The position numbers and the translations under genes were made by a program. Positions 28,621 to 37,634 of a stretch of 64,000 nucleotides of DNA are shown here, piece by piece; the first letter of the stretch is position 1, and each line of letters starts with the position of its first letter. The notes under the pieces were generated by a model. It was not told where the DNA came from and made no database searches. It was given only the letters and a program-made list of their open reading frames with translations. Origin of the DNA: an uncultured Acidobacteriota bacterium (lineage in GTDB: Bacteria > Actinomycetota > Acidimicrobiia > Spongiisociales > ZC4RG35); assembly GCA_963725075.1 (NCBI GenBank), contig CAVRXA010000026.1, positions 46,288 to 110,287 on the forward strand, in the 5' to 3' direction.

Positions 28621-29181
28621 ATGACGACGACGGTGGACATGGAGCGGAGGGCTCGCTTCGAGGCAATTTGGGCCGAGCACTCGCTCAAAGTGCGCGCCTA
28701 CTGCGTACGCCGGGTCGCATCACACGACGCCGACGACGTCTGTGCCGAGATATTCCTGGTGGTGTGGCGTCGGATCGACGAGATTCCGCCGGCGCCCAAG
28801 ACCCTCCTCTACATCTACGGGATCGCGGGCAAGGTGGTCTCCAATCACACCCGGTCGTTCCGTCGCAAGTCACGTCTCGACGAGAAGCTGCGCAATCTGG
28901 GTGTCGCTCCGCCGGTCGACCCGGCGTTTCTGGTCGTCCAGAGCTCCGACGACGCCGACGTCGCAGCCGCGGTCCGGAACCTGAGCCGACGCGACCGTGA
29001 GATCGTGATGCTCTACGCCTGGGAGGATCTGCCCCGGGACGACATCGCCGAGATCATGGGCATGACCAGGTCCGCGGTCGACCAGAGAATCCACCGTTCC
29101 TACCAGAGACTCGCTCGGGCTCTCGAGCCCCTCATCAAACCAAACCCTTCCCCTCCGATCGCCGAGGAAGGAGCGACATGA
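28621..29181 (+). CDS. ECF sigma factor, paralogue C (intact)
   Basis: FEAIWAEHSLKVRAYCVRR...EIFLVVWRRIDEI...REIVMLYAWEDLPRDDIAEIMGMTRSAVDQRIHRSYQRL. ATG at 28621; the ORF-track TTG is at 28618. Confidence 0.85.
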   Translation: MTTTVDMERRARFEAIWAEHSLKVRAYCVRRVASHDADDVCAEIFLVVWRRIDEIPPAPKTLLYIYGIAGKVVSNHTRSFRRKSRLDEKLRNLGVAPPVDPAFLVVQSSDDADVAAAVRNLSRRDREIVMLYAWEDLPRDDIAEIMGMTRSAVDQRIHRSYQRLARALEPLIKPNPSPPIAEEGAT

Positions 29182-30027
29182 CACACGATCAGATCGATCG
29201 CATGGTCCGCAAGGCAAATCCGTTGCCGGACCCGAACGCCCTCGAGCCTGTGGATGTGCCTGTCCTCACGACCCCTCTCGAGAGGAGGACGGAAATGCAG
29301 ATCGACGACAGACCGGACTGAGGTCCAAGCGGACCGACAATCGCCGGACGGGGTCCCCTGGTCGGGATCGCGGCAGCGGCGGTGATCCTGATCGCAGGGC
29401 TCGTTCTGTTCTTGACCAGGGACAACACCCCGGTGGCCGAGCCGGCCCCGAATGCGACTGAACTGACGGGCGAGTATCAGCCCCTCGCCCCCGGCGCCTA
29501 CTACGTCGACACCGACGGAGACGAGGAGACGGCGACTCGAGGCACGTTCGTCATCGAAGGCGACGGGTGGACGGCGCTGCCATCCGGGGCGCTAAAGGAG
29601 GGTGACGGCGAGCACTATGTTGCGCTTCTGGTCGTCGAGGTCGACGAGGTGTGGTCATCGTGTATGCGAGTCAACCGCTTCGGTGGCGGCGGGGACGACG
29701 GCAGCGGATCTGGCCAACCAGTTCGCCACCAATGGATTGACCGTCCGGGAGCCGTTGGCGCCGGTCAATGCCTTCGGCCACGAACGGGTACCACCTGGTC
29801 GGACGAGGTGCCTGCCGGGTGCGCCGGCGAGGTCAAACCGGCCTGGACAGGCGCCGTCTTCGACAGGGCGTTAGTACGAACAACAGGCGATATGGTGGAA
29901 TACTGGTTCCTCGATGTGGAGGGCACCCCGGTCATGATCGAGGCGAGCTGGGTGCCCGGATCGTCACCGGAGGAGGACGTGACCGAGCTCCAGGACGGTG
30001 CTCGACACCCTGGTGATCACTCCCTAG
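29178..30027 (+). pseudogene. membrane-anchored anti-sigma-like partner C, in-frame TGA at about 29318-29320 and many frame breaks
   Basis: MTHDQIDRMVRKANPLPDP...QIDDRPD then stop. It resumes as GPLVGIAAAAVILIAGLVLFL. Homologous blocks to partner B are scattered over three frames (AAGTTAADLANQFATNGLTVREPLAPVNAFGHE / GYHLVG / MVEYWFLDVEGTPVMIEASW / VLDTLVITP). Confidence 0.55.
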
Positions 30028-30047
30028 GCCGGACGTTCTGGCAAGCG

Positions 30048-30075
30048 ATCGGGGGCGCCCACGGGCGCCCCCGAT
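30048..30075 (+). terminator. 12-bp GC hairpin ATCGGGGGCGCC-cacg-GGCGCCCCCGAT (no T tract)
   Basis: Read directly, immediately after partner C. Confidence 0.35.
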
Positions 30076-30114
30076 GTCGTTGACTTCACCGGCGAAGTCA
30101 GGCACATTCGGGTT

Positions 30115-30384
30115 GTGGCCATCTCAGAGGCGGCTCGAAGCGACCTGTACACTGGGCTCGTCGAAGTGCTCGGACCCGAACGTGCCGAGACCCTGATGAG
30201 CGCCATACCCCTCTACGATCTGGACGAGGTCGCCACCAAGCGAGACCTTCAGGTGCTCAAGGCCGAGTTGCGGGTGGAGATCTCCGCCGAAATCGATTCC
30301 CTTCGCAAAACCATGACGAACTGGATGCTGACCCAGTCGTTGGCGATCATCGGGGCCATCGTCGGTGTCGCATTCCTTACCTGA
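30115..30384 (+). CDS. tail-anchored coiled-coil mini-protein (DUF1640-like), paralogue 1
   Basis: 89 aa: ...VATKRDLQVLKAELRVEISAEIDSLRKTMTNWMLTQSLAIIGAIVGVAFLT. It has the same architecture as the ORF ending at 47622. Confidence 0.5.
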   Translation: MAISEAARSDLYTGLVEVLGPERAETLMSAIPLYDLDEVATKRDLQVLKAELRVEISAEIDSLRKTMTNWMLTQSLAIIGAIVGVAFLT

Positions 30385-30428
30385 CCAGTCGACCCGCAAC
30401 CCGGCCGACCTCGAGCCGGCGATTTCCC

Positions 30429-30866
30429 TCAGTCGGGCTGACGCCCCGTCGTCAGCGGGCCAGTGGTCCCAGGGGTTTGGTATTCCCCGATCCAGTGGTC
30501 TTCCCACGCCTGGTCGTATTGATCCCCGTTACACCCGGGGTGATAGATGGCGACCAGTTCGCGGGTGATCTGCTCCCGATGGCCACGGGTCCCCCCCGGG
30601 ACCTCGTAGACTGCGATGTAGAGGTCGAACCGCTTGTTGGCGACCCGGCTCAACCAGCACGATGCCGCCGGATGATCGAAGGGGAGCCGTTCCGCAGAGA
30701 GATCGTCGGAATCGCCCACGAAGAGCACCGCATATTCCTCCGGCTTGGCACCGCCGTCGGGTTTGTACATCACTGCGAACACGGCGGCGCCCTGTGGTGG
30801 CGTCCAGCCGGCCAGGACCCTGGGCCCCTCGAAGGGGTATCCCGCCAGCGAGCCGAGGCGAATCAC
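30429..30866 (-). CDS. hypothetical protein with GIY-YIG-like motif arrangement
   Basis: 145 aa. AVFAVMY...EEYAVLFVGDSDDLSAER...FDH...REQITRELVAIYHPGCN has the order and spacing of the GIY / YIG / R / H / E...N motifs. This was judged by eye only. GTGA overlap with the upstream 97-aa ORF. Confidence 0.35.
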   Translation of the reverse strand: MIRLGSLAGYPFEGPRVLAGWTPPQGAAVFAVMYKPDGGAKPEEYAVLFVGDSDDLSAERLPFDHPAASCWLSRVANKRFDLYIAVYEVPGGTRGHREQITRELVAIYHPGCNGDQYDQAWEDHWIGEYQTPGTTGPLTTGRQPD

Positions 30867-31156
30867 TCTTCGACCACGTCGTAGAACATCTCTTCGTCCT
30901 CGGCGATGGTCTCCACGCTGACCACAGGCCAGGACGGCAGGCCCGACTTTTCCACGGCCTTGGCGAGCACCGCCATCGCCAGCTCCACAGCGCGATCGCT
31001 GTGTTCGGCCTCCACCACGACCTGGACCCCGTATCCATAGGTGCCCATTCCCGAAGCGATCCCCTCGCTGGCGGCCACCGCATCTGCGAGCTCGACCACC
31101 TCGTCCAGCTCGATCACACGGTCACCCTCGGCCTGGAGGGAGACACTCCACCTCAA
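30863..31156 (-). CDS. 97-aa acidic hypothetical protein
   Basis: TTG start at 31156, 4 nt after GAGGTGA and 5 nt after the coxE stop. High third-position G+C. I recognise no motif. Confidence 0.5.
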   Translation of the reverse strand: MRWSVSLQAEGDRVIELDEVVELADAVAASEGIASGMGTYGYGVQVVVEAEHSDRAVELAMAVLAKAVEKSGLPSWPVVSVETIAEDEEMFYDVVEE

Positions 31157-31160
31157 TGGC

Positions 31161-32327
31161 TCACCTCAGCTCCGGCAGCCGCTCGGCGAGCTCTTCGAGG
31201 CTGGCCAGATCGTGGCCAGAAAGGATCAAGTCGATGTAGGGAGCGGCCACCATCATTCCCAGCGTCGTCGGTATGAACTCCGGGTCATTGCCCTTGTGTG
31301 GATTCATCCACACCACCTTGTGGCAGAGCCGGGAAAGCCGCTCCATCGCTGCGGCCAGCAAGGCCGGGTCACCGCGATCGAGGCCGTCCGAGCAGATGAC
31401 CACGATCGCCCCCCGGCTCATCCCCCTCCGCCCCCATTGACGGACGAAGGTGTCGATGGCCTCACCGATCCGGGTGCCGCCTTCCCAGTCGAAGACCGAC
31501 TTGGCCGCTTGGTCGAGCGCATCGTCGGGGCGGCGACGCTCCAGGGCCCGGGTGATGCGGGTGAGCCGGGTCCCGAAGCAAAACACCTCGACCTTGCCTG
31601 CTGCCCGGCGCGTCGAATAGGCGAACTGGAGGAGGTTGCGCGAGTAATCCGCCATCGAGCCTGACACATCCAGGATGAGGACCAGCGGGCGCATCTTGAG
31701 CCGCCGCTGCCGCCAGAACAACTCCGAAGGCTCGCCATGAGTGCGCATCGTGGTCCGGACGGTCCGGCGAAGATCGGGTCGGCTCCCGGCCCGAGACTGT
31801 GCCGTGCGCCGGGAGCGGCGCCGTGGGGGGATGACCTTCACCTGGTTCATGATGCGGCGAAGAGCCGCGAGCTCTTCATCGGTGCAGGCCGAAAACGCCT
31901 TGTTTCGCCAGATCTCGATGTCGGAGGCCATCAACCCAAGCCGTGCCTCCTCTTCCTTGCCGGGCTGTGCCGGCTCTGCCGCCGGGACCTCGATCACCGA
32001 CTGGTTCTCGATGAGCGACTGCTTCAGGATCGCCCGAGCCGGCCCCTGCACCTGTTCGGGTTGGTCGAGGAAGTAGGTGCGGAACACCCGGTCGTAGACC
32101 GGGATGTGATCGCGGCGCGATACCAGCGACGTTCGGCCGGCCCAATAGAGATCGAGCACGTCTCCCGGGTCGAGCAACGCCATCGCGGCGCAGTACGTGA
32201 GAACATCTCCCGAGCCGATCGGGACCCCGGCATCACGAAGGGCGTCCCCGAAGCCGACCAGCATCCCGATGAACGAGGTCCCGTCGTCCGCGCCGGCTTC
32301 GGCGACGGCGGTCGAACCGTCAGCCAT
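31161..32327 (-). CDS. coxE: VWA-domain protein CoxE (copy 1)
   Basis: N-terminal CoxE-type region (FGDALRDAGVPIGSGDVL...YWAGRTSLVSR...VYDRVF). VWA MIDAS motif LILDVSGSM. Start at ATG 32327, overlapping the coxD stop. Confidence 0.8.
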   Translation of the reverse strand: MADGSTAVAEAGADDGTSFIGMLVGFGDALRDAGVPIGSGDVLTYCAAMALLDPGDVLDLYWAGRTSLVSRRDHIPVYDRVFRTYFLDQPEQVQGPARAILKQSLIENQSVIEVPAAEPAQPGKEEEARLGLMASDIEIWRNKAFSACTDEELAALRRIMNQVKVIPPRRRSRRTAQSRAGSRPDLRRTVRTTMRTHGEPSELFWRQRRLKMRPLVLILDVSGSMADYSRNLLQFAYSTRRAAGKVEVFCFGTRLTRITRALERRRPDDALDQAAKSVFDWEGGTRIGEAIDTFVRQWGRRGMSRGAIVVICSDGLDRGDPALLAAAMERLSRLCHKVVWMNPHKGNDPEFIPTTLGMMVAAPYIDLILSGHDLASLEELAERLPELR

Positions 32328-33207
32328 CGGCGACGAGCTCCTCGAGGTGGTCGAGGACCGTTTCGAGGTCGTCGCGCTCCTTGACCACGGCGCCGAGGGT
32401 GTCTTCCACCGTCCCGGCATCGAGGTCTTCCGAACCGAGCACATTCAGCGTGGCCACCCAGTCCAGTGTCTCGGCAACTCCGGGCGGCTTGGCCAGGTCG
32501 AGCTGGCGGAGACGTCCGACGGCGGCGACGACCTTTCGCGCCAGCGTCTCGGTGGCTCCCGGAGCACGGACCAGGACGATCTCCACCTCGCGCTCGGCGC
32601 TCGGATACCCGACCCAGTGATAGAGACATCGTCTCTTCAGGGCGTCGTGGAGCTCGCGGGTGCGATTTGACGTGAGGATCACGAGTGGCGGGGCGGCGGC
32701 GGAGATCGTGCCGATCTCCGGGATGGTGATCTGATAGTCGGACAGCAACTCGAGGAGGAAGGCCTCGAACTCATCGTCGGCCCGGTCGATCTCGTCGATG
32801 AGGAGCACCGCCCGGTCACCTTCACGCACCGCCGTCAGCAGGGGGCGTTCGAGCAAGAACTTGGGGCCGAAGAGCTTGTCGACGTGGTCTTCGTCAGCGA
32901 GGTCGTGTTCCGACAGCGCCCTGATCTGGAGCATCTGACGGGCGTAGTCCCACTCGTAGAGGGCCTGGTTGGTGTCTATCCCCTCGTAGCACTGCAGACG
33001 GATCAGCCGCCGCTGCAGGACCGTGGCGAGGACCTTGGCCACCTCGGTCTTGCCCACGCCCACCTCGCCTTCGAGGAGAAGGGGCCGGCCCAGTGTCAAC
33101 GCGACATACACGGCTGTCGCCAATCCTCGATCTGCCAGGTAGAGACCCTCGCCGAGACGTGCAATCACCTCGTCGACGCTGCCGGGAGGTGCCGGGTTGT
33201 TGCTCAC
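32320..33207 (-). CDS. coxD: MoxR-type AAA+ ATPase CoxD (copy 1)
   Basis: LLEGEVGVGKTEVAK (Walker A), LLIDEIDRADDEFEAFLLELL (Walker B) and TSNRTRELHDALKRRC. Confidence 0.9.
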   Translation of the reverse strand: MSNNPAPPGSVDEVIARLGEGLYLADRGLATAVYVALTLGRPLLLEGEVGVGKTEVAKVLATVLQRRLIRLQCYEGIDTNQALYEWDYARQMLQIRALSEHDLADEDHVDKLFGPKFLLERPLLTAVREGDRAVLLIDEIDRADDEFEAFLLELLSDYQITIPEIGTISAAAPPLVILTSNRTRELHDALKRRCLYHWVGYPSAEREVEIVLVRAPGATETLARKVVAAVGRLRQLDLAKPPGVAETLDWVATLNVLGSEDLDAGTVEDTLGAVVKERDDLETVLDHLEELVADG

Positions 33208-33250
33208 GACGTGACCCCGTGTGCGTGGGTGGTCGTCGATGCGCCCAGGG

Positions 33251-33502
33251 CTATTCGCCCTGACCGAGGATCAAGTCCCGGACACTCGCCCCGGACGCCG
33301 ACAGCTTCCCCTCCCGGGCGAGCTTGGCCCGCCAGGCGGCGCCCAGGTCCGTGCCGGGCTCGGCGTAACCGTCGAAGGTCACGTCTTTCATGTTGCGGCA
33401 GGCCTTGGTCGGGCTGCAGTCCTCGTCGAGCGGGTCATGGTCGTGACTGCTGATCCAGATCGACTTGAGGGCGTCACCAGTGGTCTCGTGCTGGGCGGTC
33501 AT
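33251..33502 (-). CDS. 83-aa hypothetical protein
   Basis: Strong third-position G+C bias. It lies in an operon between xdhC and coxD. I recognise no motif. Confidence 0.5.
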   Translation of the reverse strand: MTAQHETTGDALKSIWISSHDHDPLDEDCSPTKACRNMKDVTFDGYAEPGTDLGAAWRAKLAREGKLSASGASVRDLILGQGE

Positions 33503-33577
33503 CCAGTTCTCCCGGGAAGTTCTCGCCTGTGGTCGTGAACCATCGAGTGTAGTGGAGGCCCTTCGGGTACTCCACGG

Positions 33578-34502
33578 CTAACTGCCGGAAACGGCATGGT
33601 CACCGGCGTTTTCCGCGATGGCTTCCGCCAGGATCGAAACCGCGATCTCGGCCGGTGTGTCGGCGCCGATATCGAGTCCGGCCGGGCCATGGATCCGGGT
33701 GAGATCGGTCACTCCCCGATAGGCGAGCCAGTCGGCCCTGGTCTCCTGCATCCGGCGCGCCCCGAGCGCCCCGATGTAGCCCACATCGCTTTCCAGCGCA
33801 GCCATGAGTGCGGACCCCGCCAGCTCGAGATCATGCGCGGCCACGACAACCTTGTCCTGACCGGACAACGTGGCGATCATCCCTGTGGCCGAGCCGGCAT
33901 CGGCGGCCACCCGGGCATTCCAACCGATATGTGATGCAAGCTCGACGAGGGCTCCGGCCACGTCGGTATCCCCTACCACGACCAGCTGTGGCACAGCCCT
34001 GAACACGGATACCACGAGATTTCCGGTCATCGTCGAGCCGCTCTGGCCCGCCGTGAACAGACTCTCCACCGTTTCCCCGGCATCGGCCACTGTGTGCGTC
34101 GTATAGAGGTCGATGGCCTGTCACCTCGTCGCCATCGAGTGCACACACGAGGCAGATCGGCTCCCGGGCGGTCGCCAGTTCCCAGAGTGCCTCGGGAAGT
34201 GTGTCGGCGGGGACGAGAAGGCATCTCGCCGAGCCTGTCGAGGGCAAGCCGGCGATCAAGGCGTCGATTTCGCTCACCTCGATATCGACCAGCCGGCCGA
34301 GATCCCAAAGACCAGCCCTGTCGGCCAGCTGCCCGTCGAGGGCGCCGCCCGCCATCGCCCCGATCCGGCCGCCCCCAGGGGTGAACACGACAGCGTCGGA
34401 CCAGTCCGCGACCGGCAATCCCTCGGCCTCGACAAGCCAAGCCACGTCGGCGCGCGTCCCCGAGCGCAAACAGGCGAGAACAGTGAGCGCCACCCCGTAC
34501 AC
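33578..34502 (-). CDS. XdhC/CoxF-family accessory protein (copy on minus strand), frame broken near 34115
   Basis: 33831..34502(-) is protein-like to ...CALDGDEVTG. 33578..34090(-) frame supplies IDLYTTHTVADAGE...PQLVVVGDTDVAGALVELA...YIGALGARR...GLDIGADTPAEIAVSILAE. Confidence 0.7.
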
Positions 34503-34537
34503 AAACCGATTGTACGGCGACGTTTAGGCTTCATCCC

Positions 34538-35416
34538 GTGATCCCCGACACGATCGGCGAGCTCGAGAAACGTCTCGACGATCAGGACTATTTCGCCGAC
34601 GAGAGCCTCGTCGTGGCCGTCCATCTCGCAGTTCAACTGGGGAGGCCGCTGTTCCTCGAGGGGGAGGCGGGCGTCGGCAAGACCGAGGTGGCCAAGGTCC
34701 TGGCCGCCATCGCCGATGCCGAGCTCATCCGGCTCCAGTGCTACGAGGGCCTCGACGTGGGCCAGGCGCTCTACGAGTGGGACTACGCCCGCCAGATGAT
34801 GGCGATCCGTCTCCTCGAGGCACGAGGTGAGGGGGCCGCCGCCACCCCCGATGACATCATGAGCCGGGACTACCTCATCGCCCGACCTCTGCTCCAAGCC
34901 ATCGAGGCCAGCACCGAGGGGCACCGACCAGTGCTCCTGATCGACGAGCTGGATCGGGCTGACGAGGAGTTCGAGGCTTTCCTCCTCGAGTTGCTGTCCG
35001 ATTTCCAGATAACGATCCCCGAGATCGGGACGATCAAGGCGCTGAGCAGGCCGATCGTGGTCCTCACCTCGAACCGCACAAGGGAGATCCACGACGCACT
35101 CAAACGTCGCTGCGTCTATCACTGGATCGACTATCCGACCCCGGCCAAAGAGGCCGAGATCATCATGCGCAAGGTGCCTGAGCTGGAGGGCCGTCTGGCG
35201 GCATCCCTGGCCGAGGCGATGAGAAGGCTCCGGGAGATGGAGCTGTTCAAGCCGCCAGGGGTGGCAGAGACACTCGACTGGGCGGAGTCGCTGCGTTTGC
35301 TGGAGGCCGGCGAGCTGTCACCGGCGACGATCGACAGCACCATCGGAGTCGTGCTCAAGTACAAGGACGACATCGATATGGTCCGATCCGCCGGAGTCGA
35401 CAGCCTGGTGGGATGA
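34538..35416 (+). CDS. coxD: MoxR-type AAA+ ATPase CoxD (copy 2)
   Basis: FLEGEAGVGKTEVAK, LLIDELDRADEEFEAFLLELL and TSNRTREIHDALKRRC. It is a clear paralogue of 32320..33207. Confidence 0.9.
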   Translation: MIPDTIGELEKRLDDQDYFADESLVVAVHLAVQLGRPLFLEGEAGVGKTEVAKVLAAIADAELIRLQCYEGLDVGQALYEWDYARQMMAIRLLEARGEGAAATPDDIMSRDYLIARPLLQAIEASTEGHRPVLLIDELDRADEEFEAFLLELLSDFQITIPEIGTIKALSRPIVVLTSNRTREIHDALKRRCVYHWIDYPTPAKEAEIIMRKVPELEGRLAASLAEAMRRLREMELFKPPGVAETLDWAESLRLLEAGELSPATIDSTIGVVLKYKDDIDMVRSAGVDSLVG

Positions 35417-36529
35417 GCCAGCCCGGGCTGATCGACCAGCTGAGCCTCTTCTCGGCAGCCCTGCGCAACCGGGGTCTCACGGTCACCGCCGACCAGACCA
35501 CCGACATGGCACGCGCCCTCTCCATGGTCGACCTCAGCCGGCGGTCGCAGGCAGAAGCGGCGTTGCGCTCCCTGACGGTCACCGACCCCGATCAGATCCC
35601 GCTGTTCGACCGAGAGTTCGAGATCTTCTTCGGCCGCCTCCTGCCTCCGGCGTGGGTCGATCGGGAACCAGACGGGCCCGACGCCGACGAGGCCAGCTAT
35701 GCGATCCAGGGCATGGCCGGGTCGTCGGTGGAAGATGTCAAAGGAACAGGGAGGCGCCTCGGCGGTGGAGAGGATCTCCACTCGAGACTTCGCCGATCTC
35801 GACGACGACGATCTCCAGGAGGCGCGGCGTCTGGTGATGACGATGATGTGGCACCCCACCGATTACAAGACCCGGCGCTGGATGCCAGGTGACGGCAGCA
35901 GGCCCGACCTGCGCCGGACCCTGCGGGAAGCAGTGGGGCCGACCGGGGACATGATGGCGATGAGCTGGAAGCGGCGCCGGAGGAAGGAGCGTCCTCTCAT
36001 CATCATCGCCGACGTCTCCGGGTCGATGGAGAAGTACGCCGACATCTTCCTCGTCTTCGCCCACGCCGCCCAGCGTCGCCTGCGAGAAGTCGAGATCTTC
36101 ACCTTCTCGACCCATCTCAGCCGCATCACCGACGACATGCGCCGCCGGGACACCAAGACCGCTCTAGCCCGCGTCGCCGATCGTGTGACGGACTGGTCGG
36201 GAGGCACCCAGATAGGCGATGCCCTCGCCGAGTGGAATCGGCGATGGAGCCGGCGCCTGGCCAGGGGTGGACCGGTCGTGATGATTCTCTCCGACGGATG
36301 GGACTGCGGCGACCCTGATGTTCTCTCGTCGGAGATGGCACGTCTGGCCCGGTCGGTGCATCAGGTGATCTGGCTCAACCCGCTCGCGGCCAGGGCCTCG
36401 TATCAGCCATTGACCCGGGGCATGCAGGCGGTCATGCCGAGCGTCGATCAGCTGCTGCCCGCCGCTAGCGTCAGCGACTTCCGCGGGGTGGTGAGAGTGC
36501 TCGATTCAGTGGCTGGAGCCAGGCGATGA
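35413..36529 (+). CDS. coxE: VWA-domain protein CoxE (copy 2), frame broken near 35735
   Basis: 35413..35892 gives the N-part ([16 protein letters not shown]...[10 protein letters not shown]). 35699..36529 gives the VWA part ([10 protein letters not shown]...DWSGGTQIG...ILSDGWD). Confidence 0.75.
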
Positions 36530-36834
36530 GAAACCAGATCGAAGTTCGCAACCGGTGGGCATCGGAAGGGAAGAAAGTTGCCGTCGCCACCGTCATCCGC
36601 GTCCACGGCAGCGCCCCGAGGCCGGAGGGGTCCAAGTTCCTCGTCTCGGACGCCGGAGACATGGAGGGATCGGTCAGCGGCGGGTGCGTCGAGAACGACG
36701 TATTCCTCCATGCCCAGGACGTGATCGAGACGGGAAAACCGAAGACCGTCACCTACGGGATCGCCGACGACGACGCCTTCGAGGTCGGCATGGCCTGCGG
36801 CGGGACCATCGACGTCTTCATCGAACCGTGGTGA
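36526..36834 (+). CDS. XdhC_CoxI N-domain-only protein
   Basis: 102 aa: [46 protein letters not shown] overlap with the coxE stop. Confidence 0.75.
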   Translation: MRNQIEVRNRWASEGKKVAVATVIRVHGSAPRPEGSKFLVSDAGDMEGSVSGGCVENDVFLHAQDVIETGKPKTVTYGIADDDAFEVGMACGGTIDVFIEPW

Positions 36835-37601
36835 GCCCGCTCGAGGCGGTCCAGGGCATCCTCGATCGCGAGGAGTACGGGTCGGTGATCACCTTCGTCC
36901 AAGGCCCCGATCTCGGTGCCAAGGTCGTCCTCGACTCTGCCGGGCAGGCCGTGGCCGGCTCCCTGCCCACCGATGTGGCTGCGAATGTGACCGCGGACGC
37001 CCTGGTGCTGATGGACCACGAGCAGCACCGTGCCATGGAGTACCCACCCCACGAGGTGTTCATCGAGTCGTTGGCCCCGCCCCAGGAGATGCTGATCGTC
37101 GGCGCCGTCCATATCGGTCAGGCACTGGCCAGCTTCGCCGGTCAGATGGGGTACCGGGTCACCGTCATCGACTCCCGGGGCGCCTTCGCCACCCCGGAGC
37201 GCTTCCCCACGGCCAGAGTCCTGGTCGGCTGGCCGGAAAGCGTCATCGGCCAGGTCGATCTCGACCGACGCACATGGGTGGTCATCCTGTCCCATGCCCC
37301 ACCCCATGAAGACCCGGTGCTGGAAGCCGCCCTGAAGAGCCCGGTGCGATACATCGGCTGCATGGGCAGCCGGCGAACCCAGGATCTCCGAGTGGGGCGG
37401 CTGCGGGACATGGGATTCTCCGACGACGACATCGCACGGGTGCGAGGCCCTGTTGGACTCGACATCGGCGCCGAGAGCCCGCAGGAGGTGGCGGTCTCCA
37501 TCCTGGCCGAGATGACCATGGTTCGCTACGGGCACGGCACCGGGCTCTCGCTGCATGGGATCGACGGAAGAGTCCACAAGCAGCGACCCGAGGACGAATA
37601 G
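36828..37601 (+). CDS. XdhC-family accessory protein (N-domain plus Rossmann-like domain)
   Basis: GTG 36828 overlaps the previous stop. [17 protein letters not shown]...[10 protein letters not shown]...[19 protein letters not shown]. Confidence 0.75.
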   Translation: MVSPLEAVQGILDREEYGSVITFVQGPDLGAKVVLDSAGQAVAGSLPTDVAANVTADALVLMDHEQHRAMEYPPHEVFIESLAPPQEMLIVGAVHIGQALASFAGQMGYRVTVIDSRGAFATPERFPTARVLVGWPESVIGQVDLDRRTWVVILSHAPPHEDPVLEAALKSPVRYIGCMGSRRTQDLRVGRLRDMGFSDDDIARVRGPVGLDIGAESPQEVAVSILAEMTMVRYGHGTGLSLHGIDGRVHKQRPEDE

Positions 37602-37634
37602 GCCGACTGGAGCCGCCCTCTCGCTGAATACCCT

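Larger units (their letters stand above)
27005..30027 (+). repeat. tandem duplication (period about 1564 bp) of an ECF-sigma plus membrane-partner cassette
   Basis: The two copies have the same gene order, the same ATGA junction and the same C-terminal ...LDTLVITP. An identical 45-mer, gaccagggacaacaccccggtggccgagccggccccgaatgcgac, occurs at 27850-27894 and 29414-29458. Confidence 0.8.

Noticed and set aside
31161-36529. MoxR AAA+ / VWA pairs as a possible anti-phage defence or stress module
   Set aside because: Both pairs have CoxD/CoxE-type sequence features. They sit in operons with XdhC-family chaperones next to a form-I CODH locus, so Mo-enzyme maturation is the parsimonious role.
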